This document shows, piece after piece, positions 44,441 through 54,467 of a stretch of 64,000 nucleotides of DNA (positions within the stretch are counted from its first letter, which is position 1; each line of letters starts with the position of its first letter). Below the pieces are notes generated by a model. The model saw nothing but the letters and a program-made list of their open reading frames with translations, had not been told where the DNA came from and did not search any database. The stretch comes from a virus, in IMG/VR virus record IMGVR_UViG_3300009008_000003. One strand, written 5' to 3'. A program made the position numbers and the translations under genes.

Positions 44441-46027
44441 TTAGTTAAGGGTTTGGAATATGTTTAGCATTACCTCTTTTTCAGTGCCCTTGTCGTTAAT
44501 ATCTGATAGTTTTGTTACCATCCTAGATATTTGATTAAGCGTCTGTGAGGAATAATACCCAGAGTCCATTAGTATTGCTAATACTTGAACTTTTTTCTCT
44601 TTGCACCATTTATTGAATTTGTCTACAAAATCATTGGTCAGCGGGGCTTCGCCGTCTGTGATAAATACAATATCAGCTTTTGAGAATTCTGGCTTGTTAT
44701 CTATATATTCCATTGCTAACTTTAAAGGTGGTTCGAAATTTGTGCCACCATTTATAAACTTTTCTGCCATTGCAATTGTTTTCTCGATATCTGGCGGCGA
44801 GTTTTTTGGAAAATCATGCACCGGCAACTGGCGCGGGCTGTATTCGCCTGAGTAGTGGATCACAAGGAAGTCTCTGTTTTCTCGTTGAGCCGTATCCAAC
44901 AATGCTAATGCTACTGCTTTTGCCCAGTATTCTAACTGCCCACCCATGCTGCCAGATTCATCAATGCAGCATATGATTGGGCCTTTTGATTTTTTAGCAT
45001 GTCCGGATAAGGCATATTGTAATAATTTTCCATCTACTAAATCTGCCTTAAACATTAGTCTACGCAACTTATTACTGCTAGAGAGATTACTTAACTCGGA
45101 AGGAACTATTCTAGATAAATCGCTGCCGCGTTCTACGGAATATACTTCTTCGCTTCCTCGTTTGATTTTTTCTTTTCCTATCTTAGTCGCGATCATTTTT
45201 AAACGACCGGCTATTTTAGCTATTTCTGTTAACTTGTAGCTATTCTTAATTTTGTTCAGCATATTCATTTGCTGTCTATAATTTAAGGACTGGCCACCAT
45301 CTCCGCCACCCAATCCCCACTGGGACAACGTATCCTTGGTATCAGCGGTTATACGAACGGTTTCGTTCATGATTTTATTCATAGCTGGGGTAAGTTTTTT
45401 CTTATCCCAATTTTTTAGGTCTTTGTAGGCATCTTCTAGCTGTTTTCTGGCTTCGTCCATTTTTATCTTGGCGTTAGCTTTTGCAGTGTCGTTGCCTTCT
45501 TCTCCTTCTTCTGATTCATCTTCAGCTTCCGCTGCAGCCTGTGCTTCTTCTTCCGCTTCTTTCATGTCTTTGGCGGCTTGCTCCGCAGCCTCGTTAAACG
45601 CTTTCTGTTGCTCTTTTAGCCCTTTTGCTAGTTCGAGAGCTTTTTCACCAAAAGTTTCTGTTGCCACTGCCGTAGCCAAAGGGTCCATTCTTGTTATTGC
45701 TCTCAGCTCTTTGTATTTAGCTGACTCAGTTATGTGTTCCATAACCATTCTGTTAAGCAAGTACTCATGATCCATTTCGTACTCTGGTCTCAGCTTTGCG
45801 TGGTATCTATACAATGAAGAATATACGTCTTGATATAGCGGTGTGAAGTTTTCATATTCTTGCTGCCCGCGTACTTGTAATTCGTTTATTTTAGGAGCAT
45901 CCGCCTTTAATTGCTCGAAGTTAGATATATCGAATGCGTCGTTGTAGATAGTATGCTTATAATTAAAAAGGGGATCGGTAAATGATCCCCTTTTCTTCGA
46001 TAATATACTATTGTCTACTTTTTTCAT
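44441..46027 (-). CDS. vWA (MIDAS) domain protein, ViaA/YehP-like MoxR partner
   Basis: GPIICCIDESGSMGG (DxSxS), GGTNFEPPL, ADIVFITDGEA; N-terminal coiled coil. Confidence 0.9.
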   Translation of the reverse strand: MKKVDNSILSKKRGSFTDPLFNYKHTIYNDAFDISNFEQLKADAPKINELQVRGQQEYENFTPLYQDVYSSLYRYHAKLRPEYEMDHEYLLNRMVMEHITESAKYKELRAITRMDPLATAVATETFGEKALELAKGLKEQQKAFNEAAEQAAKDMKEAEEEAQAAAEAEDESEEGEEGNDTAKANAKIKMDEARKQLEDAYKDLKNWDKKKLTPAMNKIMNETVRITADTKDTLSQWGLGGGDGGQSLNYRQQMNMLNKIKNSYKLTEIAKIAGRLKMIATKIGKEKIKRGSEEVYSVERGSDLSRIVPSELSNLSSSNKLRRLMFKADLVDGKLLQYALSGHAKKSKGPIICCIDESGSMGGQLEYWAKAVALALLDTAQRENRDFLVIHYSGEYSPRQLPVHDFPKNSPPDIEKTIAMAEKFINGGTNFEPPLKLAMEYIDNKPEFSKADIVFITDGEAPLTNDFVDKFNKWCKEKKVQVLAILMDSGYYSSQTLNQISRMVTKLSDINDKGTEKEVMLNIFQTLN

Positions 46028-47202
46028 AAATTAAGATCTCCGCTTTCGGTAGTAGTGGATACAGACATTCCTGTAACTTCCTTAACTACTTCCTGATTCA
46101 TGCGTTGCAGTTTCTTGCTATATATTTGCAATGAATCTAGATTTTTTCCGCGTTCCCTAAGCTGCTTGAAAGATCCTTCTATCTTTTTGATTGCTGCGCC
46201 TATCTTATCCATAGTGTCGAGACCAAGAGTACTCTTATCCGACTGCTTCTTGCTTGACTCTTTGAATTTTTTATAAACGTCTACAGCCTTTTCGTAAGTG
46301 TCTATGATTCTAGCTTTTTCAGGAAGAGTGACTGTAAGAACGGCTATATGCACGATTCTTTCATCTTCAGGTTTGGACCATAGTACATTCTTTAAGATTT
46401 CGAAATCTTCTTCTGATACGTGATTTCTTCCTCGCAGAAAGGCTTCTGTTTTCATTATATGAACGGCCTTCACCCAGGTTCTGTCGGTTACCACGATTGT
46501 CTTTTGTTCTAGACTTCTTTTGATGTCTATCATAAAGTTAACTATGTTTTCATCGTAAGTAACTTCCTGAATTTGCTTCATACCTTTTTGTATCTCTGCT
46601 TGAGTAATAGTATGAGGAATTTTTAACGAGTAATCGTTTCCTAAAGCTTTTTTAAATTCTGCGGAATCGTTAATATATCCAATTCTGTATTTAAATTGGA
46701 ATCTATCGTACATGGCATCCAGCCCATCGTCCTCTGCCGGTATCTCGTTTGACGCACCAATCATTAACTTTAGTGGTATGTTTGGGTTAGCATCCCTGCC
46801 ATTAGGAAATAGGCGTTCATTCATAATAGTTAGCAGCGAGTTTAGAATACCGCTGTTAGCCTTAAATACTTCATCTATGAACGCGAAATCTGATTCTGGT
46901 AATTTACCCAAAGTAACGCGTCTATAGTCATCTTCCTCCAAGCCCTTGGCTGAAATCGGCCCAAATAGTTCGTCTGGCGTAGAAAATTTTGTTACCAGCC
47001 ACTCAAAATAAGTACCACCAAATGCTTTTGCCCAGCCACGAATCAACGCGCTTTTTGCTGTCCCTGGAGGACCTAACAATAATATATTGCTGTTGGAATA
47101 CAATGCTAAAGGCATTCCATGAATTGCATCTTCTCTTTCTACGTATAAGGAGTTAAGAAATTGTTCGTTTTCTTTTATTTTTTGTTGTACTGTGATTGCC
47201 AT
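46024..47202 (-). CDS. MoxR-family AAA+ ATPase, RavA-like
   Basis: LLLGPPGTAKS, FSTPDELFGP, FIDEVFKANSGILNSLLTIMNER, GASNEIP, AMYDRF. Confidence 0.92.
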   Translation of the reverse strand: MAITVQQKIKENEQFLNSLYVEREDAIHGMPLALYSNSNILLLGPPGTAKSALIRGWAKAFGGTYFEWLVTKFSTPDELFGPISAKGLEEDDYRRVTLGKLPESDFAFIDEVFKANSGILNSLLTIMNERLFPNGRDANPNIPLKLMIGASNEIPAEDDGLDAMYDRFQFKYRIGYINDSAEFKKALGNDYSLKIPHTITQAEIQKGMKQIQEVTYDENIVNFMIDIKRSLEQKTIVVTDRTWVKAVHIMKTEAFLRGRNHVSEEDFEILKNVLWSKPEDERIVHIAVLTVTLPEKARIIDTYEKAVDVYKKFKESSKKQSDKSTLGLDTMDKIGAAIKKIEGSFKQLRERGKNLDSLQIYSKKLQRMNQEVVKEVTGMSVSTTTESGDLNL

Positions 47203-47205
47203 TTT

Positions 47206-47778
47206 CTAGTATTCTCCGTGTGGTGGTCCAAATTGTGATTTGTTAGATCTTCCGAAAAGAACTTCTTCCATAGGCTTAGCTGCGGCAGACCCAAATGTTA
47301 TAAGCCTAATTAGCATGGCTACCCACTCTGTCAGGGTTTCTTGTACTATTTCCACTGCTTCTGGATCTACGACTGCTGGAATTGTAAATGATAGTTGTGC
47401 TTGATTTGGGCCATTATTTTTAGAAGTTATTTTTGTAAACTTAGGCGGTACGCCAGGATCAAACCCAAACTTCTTTAACATCTCTTCTCGTTCTTCGTTG
47501 GTGAAAGATAGTTTATGAGTAGGCACAAATTCTGAATTTGTAGTTTCACTACTAGCCAGTAGTTTCTTAGTTTTCTCTTGCGCAACTACTTTACTTTGTT
47601 TATATGATTCTAATTCTTCCATAGTGCGGCCTAAAGCCTCCGGCGGTGGTATTGACACACGCTGGCCCGTACGTTCTTGCACTGTGGTTGCGTTATCATA
47701 AAGACAAAAATAGCAAAAACCTTTACCTAGCTGCATTTCCTCGTTTGTTAACGGGCGATTGCATACTTCACAGTTCAC
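47206..47778 (-). CDS. Hypothetical protein with N-terminal zinc finger
   Basis: CEVC...CYFC. Confidence 0.65.
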   Translation of the reverse strand: MNCEVCNRPLTNEEMQLGKGFCYFCLYDNATTVQERTGQRVSIPPPEALGRTMEELESYKQSKVVAQEKTKKLLASSETTNSEFVPTHKLSFTNEEREEMLKKFGFDPGVPPKFTKITSKNNGPNQAQLSFTIPAVVDPEAVEIVQETLTEWVAMLIRLITFGSAAAKPMEEVLFGRSNKSQFGPPHGEY

Positions 47779-48068
47779 AGGTTACCCCCCTCAACATCTT
47801 TTAAGAATTTTTTAAGATATTCTTCATTTTCTTTAATAAAAAGTTCAAAGCGTTTTTTTGCCTCCTTATCACCGCCCAACATTCCCACCGTAAGCCTAAC
47901 TCCGGCTATAAATGGAACTAAAGTTTCGTCCTTTAATCCTTTTTTAGCTAAAAAAGCTTTCATGGCTGGAACATCATCAAACAATGATAATAGTTCTCGC
48001 TCTACATTCATACATTCTCCATTATATTTGTTGTAGTTAAAGAAGAGACTTGTCGTCTCTTCATTCAT
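47775..48068 (-). CDS. Hypothetical protein
   Basis: 97 aa, ATGA overlap with the next gene. Confidence 0.6.
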   Translation of the reverse strand: MNEETTSLFFNYNKYNGECMNVERELLSLFDDVPAMKAFLAKKGLKDETLVPFIAGVRLTVGMLGGDKEAKKRFELFIKENEEYLKKFLKDVEGGNL

Positions 48069-48074
48069 AGTTCG

Positions 48075-48224
48075 TCATTTCTTTGAGTTGCCCGACTTTG
48101 AAGATGAGCTTCTCTTTGCTCCAGACCTCTTGGGGGAACTTACGGCGGTAAATTGCTTCAAACCTGAATTAAGATTTGCGCCACCTGTACCCGATCTTCT
48201 GAGTTTTCTTCGTTGCATTACCAT
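48075..48224 (-). CDS. Small basic Ser/Lys/Arg-rich protein (start uncertain; ORF track gives 48284)
   Basis: MVMQRRKLRRSGTGG...SKSGNSKK; ATG 48224 overlaps the stop of a Met-Arg minigene that follows SD AGGAGGT. Confidence 0.5.
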   Translation of the reverse strand: MVMQRRKLRRSGTGGANLNSGLKQFTAVSSPKRSGAKRSSSSKSGNSKK

Positions 48225-48276
48225 TAGCGCATGTCTACCTCCTGACTTGGTGTCTTTGATCATTGTGACCAAAGAG

Positions 48277-48305
48277 TTGACCAATTATATATTTGTATTT
48301 ATAAT
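48277..48305 (+). promoter_or_regulatory. Near-consensus sigma70-type promoter for the RNA polymerase gene
   Basis: TTGACC, N17, TATAAT. Confidence 0.8.
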
Positions 48306-48327
48306 TAAATAGCTTACTACATATTTA

Positions 48328-48357
48328 TCTTATACCATAAAATTACGAAAAGGTCAA
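48328..48357 (-). promoter_or_regulatory. Phage promoter-like motif, copy 4; this copy also has a -35 box
   Basis: Minus strand TTGACC (48357-48352), N17, TATAAG (48334-48329) within TTTTATGGTATAAGATAAA. Confidence 0.75.
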
Positions 48358-48362
48358 TAGCA

Positions 48363-51300
48363 ATGGCGAAGAGAGTTGACTCCTTAAACATCAACGAACA
48401 AGATCTTTTGATGCAGTCGTCGGTAGTTGATGCCCTTTACAAGGAATTTCCTATAAAGGGTAAAAAGAATAGTATACGTATTAAAAATATTATTGCAGAT
48501 GAGACCAAAGCCCCGATCAATGATTTGCCAGCCCAGAAAGAAATTAAGCTAGATGGTAAGTCTTGGGTAATGCCTGTATACGCCGATTTTGATTTAATAG
48601 ATAATGAAACCGGTAAAGTTATTTCTAGAGCTAAGAAAATGAAAATCACCTCTATACCGAGGATGACAAATAGATTTTCAGTTATCATCGAGGGGAATGA
48701 GTACCAGACTCTCAATCAGTTTCGTCTTCGTTCTGGTGTATACACGCGTGAAAAGTCTAATGGCCAGTTTGAAAGTCAGTTTAACCTGGAAAAGGGCTTC
48801 AACTTCAAAATGATGCTGGACCCGAAAAAAGAGGTATTCTTCCTTCAGGCTGGTAATCAAAACTATCCTATATATGCTATTTTACATGCTCTCGGCATGC
48901 CAGATGAACCTATGCGCCGAGCATGGGGTAAAGAGATATTCGAGGCTAATGCTAGGGCTGGAATAAAAGAGCTACATGGATCTATTATAAAATTAGTAGA
49001 TACTTTATTGCATCACAAAACAAATGACTACGCAGAAGCTCTAAGGCTCTTTAAAAAGTATTTAGAAGATACCTCAGTATCCTCAGAAACAACAGAGCTT
49101 ACCCTGGGCCAAGGTTTTAATAAGGTAAATAAAGACTTACTACTAGCAACTTCTTCAAAATTGTTACGCGTAATGCGTAGAGAAGAAAAAGAAGATGAAA
49201 GAGATTCCTTGGTATTCAAAGAGCTGTTCACACCACAAGACCAGCTTAAAGCCTTTCTAGATGCGCGTACTACGAAGATTACAAACAAGATTAAATGGCG
49301 TTTAGATAATAAAGAAACCATCAGAGACATTATTCCTACTAATACTTACGGTGATCCTATTAAGGAGTTCTTCTCAGTTGGTGAACTTAGTAGTCCCCCG
49401 CCGCAGACTAATCCAGCAGCTATTTTAGGCGAATGGAATAAAACAACCGTTATGGGAACTGGTGGAATACAATCCAGGCATGCTGTAACTATGAATGTAC
49501 GAGATGTACATCCTTCTACAGTTGGATTCTTAGATCCGATTAATACACCAGAAACTGGTAAAATTGGTGTTACCTTACCGCTAGCTATAGGTGTTTCTAA
49601 AACAGAAAAAGGACTTGTAACTAAAGTTATAACACCGGCAGGCCGTATAAAAGAATTTACACCAAAAGAAATGTGGGATCGTAAGATAGGGTTTCCTGAC
49701 CAATATAAAGTGGTAGATGGAAAAGTTAAGCCTGTCGGGGCTCTAGTAAAAGGTAACTGGAAGGGCAGATCATTACTTATTGCAGGTAAGGAAATAGATG
49801 GATATATACATAATCCAACCTTTATGTTCTCTTTCCAAAGTAACTTGATTCCATTTTTGGGCACGGTATCTGGTAACCGCGCTATGGTTGCCAGTAAACA
49901 GATTGGGCAGGCTGTTGCAGTATCTAATCCTGATAAGCCGCATGTACGTGTGCTGGGGCCCAACAAGAGACAAACTTTTGGCAAAGCTATCAGTGACACT
50001 GTTAATCCTAAAGTTCCTAATGAGTTAGAAGAGGGTACTGTATCCAAAGTCACAAAAGATTACATATTTATAAAAGACCAAGATAACAAAACACACAAGA
50101 TTGGATTATTCAATGATTTCCCGTTAAACCAAGAAGCTTTCATAAATAGCAAACCCGTAGTAGCTCCTGGTAGTAAAGTATACCCAGGGGATAAACTTGC
50201 AGAGAATAACTTCCAGGATAAGGGCGAACTTGCTTTAGGTGTTAATGCTAAGATAGCATATATGCCTTGGAAGGGCTATAATTTCGAAGATTCGGTTGTC
50301 GTAACTGAGTCATTTGCCAATAGAATGACCTCTGAGAAAATTTTAAAATTCTCTTATACAGCGCCCAAAGAAGGCATGATAGATAAAGCTAAATTATTAG
50401 CTTATTATCCGGACAGCATGACACCAGAAAACTATGCTAAATTAGATGATGAAGGTATTATTAAAAAAGGATCAGAAGTAGATCCTAATGATGTGTTGAT
50501 TGCTGGCCTCGCTCCTAAAGAATACACAGACGAAGAGAAGATTCTAAAAACTATGAATAAGAGTCTATCTGTTCCTTACGCACGAAGTACTTTGGAGTAT
50601 GACGGCCATAACCGAGGTAAAGTATTATATGTGCGTAAACTTACGCGTAGGCGTTACAATGTGCATGTAAAAGTAATTGCCCCTATGGAAATAGGCGATA
50701 AAATTGCTGGTCGTTATGGCAACAAGATGATTGTATCCAAAATCATTAAAGATGATGAGGCTCCTCATACCAAAGATGGCAAAGCAATAGATGTTATAGC
50801 CTCCCCGTTTGGTGTACCGGGTCGTATGAATATTGGCCAGTTATTAGAAACGGCCGCTGGTAAGCTAGCAGAAAAAACAGGCAAAGATTATGAAGTAGCC
50901 AACTTTGATGGAACAGACCATTTAGCTAAATTAAAGAAAGAATTCAAGAAAAATGGGTTAGAGTTTGACGAAGAGCTTACTGATGGGAAAGATGGTAAAT
51001 CTTTTACTAACAAAGTGTTCGTAGGAAACCAGCATATACTTAAACTCATGCATGTTGTAGAACATAAGTTAAAACATAGATCTTATGGCTCTTACAGTAT
51101 GGACGAACAGCCCACTAGAGGAGATGATGGTGGTCAAGCTTTTGATCAGCTTACCACTTACGTAGCCATGGCGCATGGGGCGAAAGCAAACCTGTATGAT
51201 TCTACAGCTATTAAAGGTCAAAAGAACGACGAAATATGGAGAAACATTCAACTAGGATTACCTATACCTCCACCCAATAGAAACTTTGCCTGGGATAAGA

Positions 51301-54300
51301 TGGTTAACTATCTTAAAGCCTCTGGCGTTAATGTCGAGAAAAAGGGAGATTATATACAAGCATCTCCTTTAACAGACAAAGCCGTTACTGAGCTGACCGG
51401 CACGAAATCGGAAATCAAAGATCCTGGGCACATGTTGATTGGTAAGAACCTTGCCAGTATTAAAGGCGGCCTGTTTGATCAAAACATCACAGGCGGAATG
51501 CAAGGAAAGAAGTGGGGATATATTAAACTTGAAGAAAAGATCCCCTCTCCACTCATGCAAAAATCTATTACTTCTATTCTTGGTATCACGCATAGCAAGT
51601 ATATGAAAATAATAAACGAACAAGAAGAGTTAGATGGTAAGACTGGCTTTGCGGCTATAGAAGCTGCCTTAGGCAAGGTTGATATTAACGCAGACTTACG
51701 CAAGACCAAGAAATCTCTACAGACCACAGCTCCACAAAATGTAGATAAATTAAATAAAAAAATAAGATATCTGGAGGCATTGAAAAAGTTTGAGCTGAAG
51801 CCAACTGATTTAATGATATCTAAAGTTCCTGTTTTACCTCCGGTATTTAGACCTGTCTATCCACTTCCTAGTGGGGACTTAATGGTTAATCCTATCAATT
51901 GGTCATACAGAAATTTAGGTTTAGTAAACAACAGTCTTAAACAATACAAGACGATGGGCAGTGTTGCTTATAAGGAATTGGGTGGTAATACTCGCAAAAG
52001 TTTATATGAGGCAGTTAGTGAAGTACAGGGCGTAACAGACCCGGTAGGGTTTGGACAAGAGAAAAGACTTGGAGCACTTGCTCAACTGTCTGGTAAAAAA
52101 GGTACGTCTCCCAAGTATGGCTTTATCCAGAGCAAGCTCTGGAGAAAACGCCAAGACTTAACCGGTAGATCCACAATTACTCTTGAACCTAGCTTAGGTT
52201 TAGATCAGATAGGCATTCCTGAGGTGATGGGGTGGGACATTTATAAACCTTTTGTAATGAAAGAACTTAAAGACCAAGGTTTTCAACCTATACAAGCTAT
52301 GGAGGAAATAGAAAAGAAAACGGATAGAGCTAAAGAAGCTCTAATAGCTGTTATGAAAAAACGTCCAGTAATGGTTAACCGCGCACCTTCTCTTCACAAG
52401 TTTGGTTTGCAGGCATTTAATCCAATTAACGTAGAAGGCAATGCTATCAAGCTTAATCCTTTGGTGACAAAAGGGTTTAATGCAGACTTTGACGGCGACA
52501 CAATGTCTGTACACGTACCGGTTACAGATAAGGCCGTAGAAGAAGCATATGGCATGATGCCCTCTCGTAATGTATTTATGCCGGGCATGCACGGAGCTAA
52601 AACAATGCCTATACAAGGCTTTGGCCAAGATTACCAATTAGGTATATGGTTACTCACCCGAACTGAAAAGAAAAGCACTAAAGAATACGAGTCAATTGCT
52701 GCGGCAACTAAAGCTAAAGTTCCCTTGACTACAGAGATAACAATTAAGGGCAAGGGTAGAACTACCCTTGGAAGAGAGATATTGGTTAAATCCGTACCTA
52801 AAAAGTTCCATAAATTTGTACGCTCTAACGAAATGAATGGAAAGAATGTAAACGAATTAATGACCAGAATAGCTCTTGAATCTGATAAAGACTACGGCCA
52901 AGTTGCAGACTCCCTGAAGAGTCTGGGAGCAGACTCCGCACATCAACACGGGTTTAGTATTTCCCTTAATGATCTAGATATAGATAGATCTTTTAGGGAC
53001 AAAGCAGTAGCGGATACTTGGAGAAAAGTAGGTCCCAAACCTGCCGATACGAAAGTAGTAAATGCTTTCATGGGCATAGACAACAAGATTGCAGTTGGGC
53101 AGGCTAAGGCTGTTAAAGACAAAGAGAAGCTATATAGCAGAGAAAACAACTTACGTATTATGCAGGAGTCTGGCGCTGGAGGTAAAAAAGTAGCTAACTC
53201 TGCTCAGCAAATCTTATCAATGCCGGGTGTTCTTTTAGATGTGCACAATAATCCTATCCCAGTACCTAATGTTAAATCCTGGACAGAGGGACAAGATGTG
53301 GCAGGTTATTGGAACTCTATGTATGGGGCACGTAAAGGGGCTGTAGATAGAGCTATTAATACGCAAGATACTGGGTTTCTCAATAAGTCCTTATTAGCAG
53401 TGACTAGAAATCTTGTTATCACGGAAGAAGATTGTGAAACAACTGACGGCATCGAAATAGCAGTCAATGATAAAAATGCAGTAGATAGATTTTTAGCTGA
53501 AAAAATAGTAGGGGTTGGAAGGAAAGACGAATTAGTTACCACCGAGCTATTACGAAAAGCTAAAGCTAAAAAATTAAAAACTATCAAAGTACGCTCACCC
53601 CTGACCTGTGAGACCGCAAAAGGAGTTTGTATTCAGTGCTATGGTTTAATGGCTAATAATAAGCCTCCTAAAGTCGGAGATAATGTTGGCATCATAGATG
53701 GCCAAACTATGACAGAGCGTAGTACACAATTACAGATGCAGACTTTCCATAGCGGCGGAACGGCTAAAGGTACATCAATGTTGGTTGCGGGGTTCCCTCG
53801 TATTATCCAATTAGTAAAGGTGCCCGCTGTGTTAGGCGGTAAGGCTACCTTGTCTGAAGTTTCTGGCGAGGTTAGTAAAGTAACAGAAAACCCATTAGGG
53901 GGTTATGATGTAACTATAGGGGATATAGCACATAGAATCCCTGCTGGTATGGGGTTAAAAGTAAAAGAAGGAAGCAAAGTAAGCAAGGGAGATTTGTTAT
54001 CAGAAGGCATCATTAAGCCCCAGGAGTTAAGTAAGCTAAAGTCACATCTAGATGCTGAGAAGTATATCGTGGATGAACTGGATGATGTGTTTGATGGCCA
54101 ATTCCATAAGCGTACCTATGAAACAGTAGTTCGTGCTATGGGTTCGCAGGCACGCATCACAGAAGCTCCGGAAGATAGTGATTTAATTAGAGGGGATGTT
54201 GCCGATATATGGCATCTAAAGAAATTAAATACAAAACGAAAAGCTGAGGGTAAAGAATTAATACAGTATGAGCCATACTTTAAATCCATTGACATGTTAC

Positions 54301-54467
54301 CTCATGACCGGGCAGACTGGTTAAGTAGATTAAGCGTAAACAGGTTGCGCGGAACAGTACAAGAAGCCGCAGCTCGTGGACTGGTATCAGATATTCACGG
54401 AGTTGATCCTATACCTGCATACATGTACGGAACTGAGTTTGGTAAAAAAGAAGATGGTAGATACTAA
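48363..54467 (+). CDS. rpoBC: Single-chain multisubunit-type RNA polymerase (beta-beta' fusion)
   Basis: Beta motifs: NRAMVASKQIGQA, YMPWKGYNFEDS, GDKIAGRYGNK, PFGVPGRMNIGQLLE, GGQAF. Beta' motifs: VPVLPPVFRP, KRQDLTGRS, NRAPSLHK, NADFDGD (52479-52499), GARKG, VRSPLTC..GVCIQCYG, QLQMQTFHSGG. Confidence 0.96.
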   Translation: MAKRVDSLNINEQDLLMQSSVVDALYKEFPIKGKKNSIRIKNIIADETKAPINDLPAQKEIKLDGKSWVMPVYADFDLIDNETGKVISRAKKMKITSIPRMTNRFSVIIEGNEYQTLNQFRLRSGVYTREKSNGQFESQFNLEKGFNFKMMLDPKKEVFFLQAGNQNYPIYAILHALGMPDEPMRRAWGKEIFEANARAGIKELHGSIIKLVDTLLHHKTNDYAEALRLFKKYLEDTSVSSETTELTLGQGFNKVNKDLLLATSSKLLRVMRREEKEDERDSLVFKELFTPQDQLKAFLDARTTKITNKIKWRLDNKETIRDIIPTNTYGDPIKEFFSVGELSSPPPQTNPAAILGEWNKTTVMGTGGIQSRHAVTMNVRDVHPSTVGFLDPINTPETGKIGVTLPLAIGVSKTEKGLVTKVITPAGRIKEFTPKEMWDRKIGFPDQYKVVDGKVKPVGALVKGNWKGRSLLIAGKEIDGYIHNPTFMFSFQSNLIPFLGTVSGNRAMVASKQIGQAVAVSNPDKPHVRVLGPNKRQTFGKAISDTVNPKVPNELEEGTVSKVTKDYIFIKDQDNKTHKIGLFNDFPLNQEAFINSKPVVAPGSKVYPGDKLAENNFQDKGELALGVNAKIAYMPWKGYNFEDSVVVTESFANRMTSEKILKFSYTAPKEGMIDKAKLLAYYPDSMTPENYAKLDDEGIIKKGSEVDPNDVLIAGLAPKEYTDEEKILKTMNKSLSVPYARSTLEYDGHNRGKVLYVRKLTRRRYNVHVKVIAPMEIGDKIAGRYGNKMIVSKIIKDDEAPHTKDGKAIDVIASPFGVPGRMNIGQLLETAAGKLAEKTGKDYEVANFDGTDHLAKLKKEFKKNGLEFDEELTDGKDGKSFTNKVFVGNQHILKLMHVVEHKLKHRSYGSYSMDEQPTRGDDGGQAFDQLTTYVAMAHGAKANLYDSTAIKGQKNDEIWRNIQLGLPIPPPNRNFAWDKMVNYLKASGVNVEKKGDYIQASPLTDKAVTELTGTKSEIKDPGHMLIGKNLASIKGGLFDQNITGGMQGKKWGYIKLEEKIPSPLMQKSITSILGITHSKYMKIINEQEELDGKTGFAAIEAALGKVDINADLRKTKKSLQTTAPQNVDKLNKKIRYLEALKKFELKPTDLMISKVPVLPPVFRPVYPLPSGDLMVNPINWSYRNLGLVNNSLKQYKTMGSVAYKELGGNTRKSLYEAVSEVQGVTDPVGFGQEKRLGALAQLSGKKGTSPKYGFIQSKLWRKRQDLTGRSTITLEPSLGLDQIGIPEVMGWDIYKPFVMKELKDQGFQPIQAMEEIEKKTDRAKEALIAVMKKRPVMVNRAPSLHKFGLQAFNPINVEGNAIKLNPLVTKGFNADFDGDTMSVHVPVTDKAVEEAYGMMPSRNVFMPGMHGAKTMPIQGFGQDYQLGIWLLTRTEKKSTKEYESIAAATKAKVPLTTEITIKGKGRTTLGREILVKSVPKKFHKFVRSNEMNGKNVNELMTRIALESDKDYGQVADSLKSLGADSAHQHGFSISLNDLDIDRSFRDKAVADTWRKVGPKPADTKVVNAFMGIDNKIAVGQAKAVKDKEKLYSRENNLRIMQESGAGGKKVANSAQQILSMPGVLLDVHNNPIPVPNVKSWTEGQDVAGYWNSMYGARKGAVDRAINTQDTGFLNKSLLAVTRNLVITEEDCETTDGIEIAVNDKNAVDRFLAEKIVGVGRKDELVTTELLRKAKAKKLKTIKVRSPLTCETAKGVCIQCYGLMANNKPPKVGDNVGIIDGQTMTERSTQLQMQTFHSGGTAKGTSMLVAGFPRIIQLVKVPAVLGGKATLSEVSGEVSKVTENPLGGYDVTIGDIAHRIPAGMGLKVKEGSKVSKGDLLSEGIIKPQELSKLKSHLDAEKYIVDELDDVFDGQFHKRTYETVVRAMGSQARITEAPEDSDLIRGDVADIWHLKKLNTKRKAEGKELIQYEPYFKSIDMLPHDRADWLSRLSVNRLRGTVQEAAARGLVSDIHGVDPIPAYMYGTEFGKKEDGRY

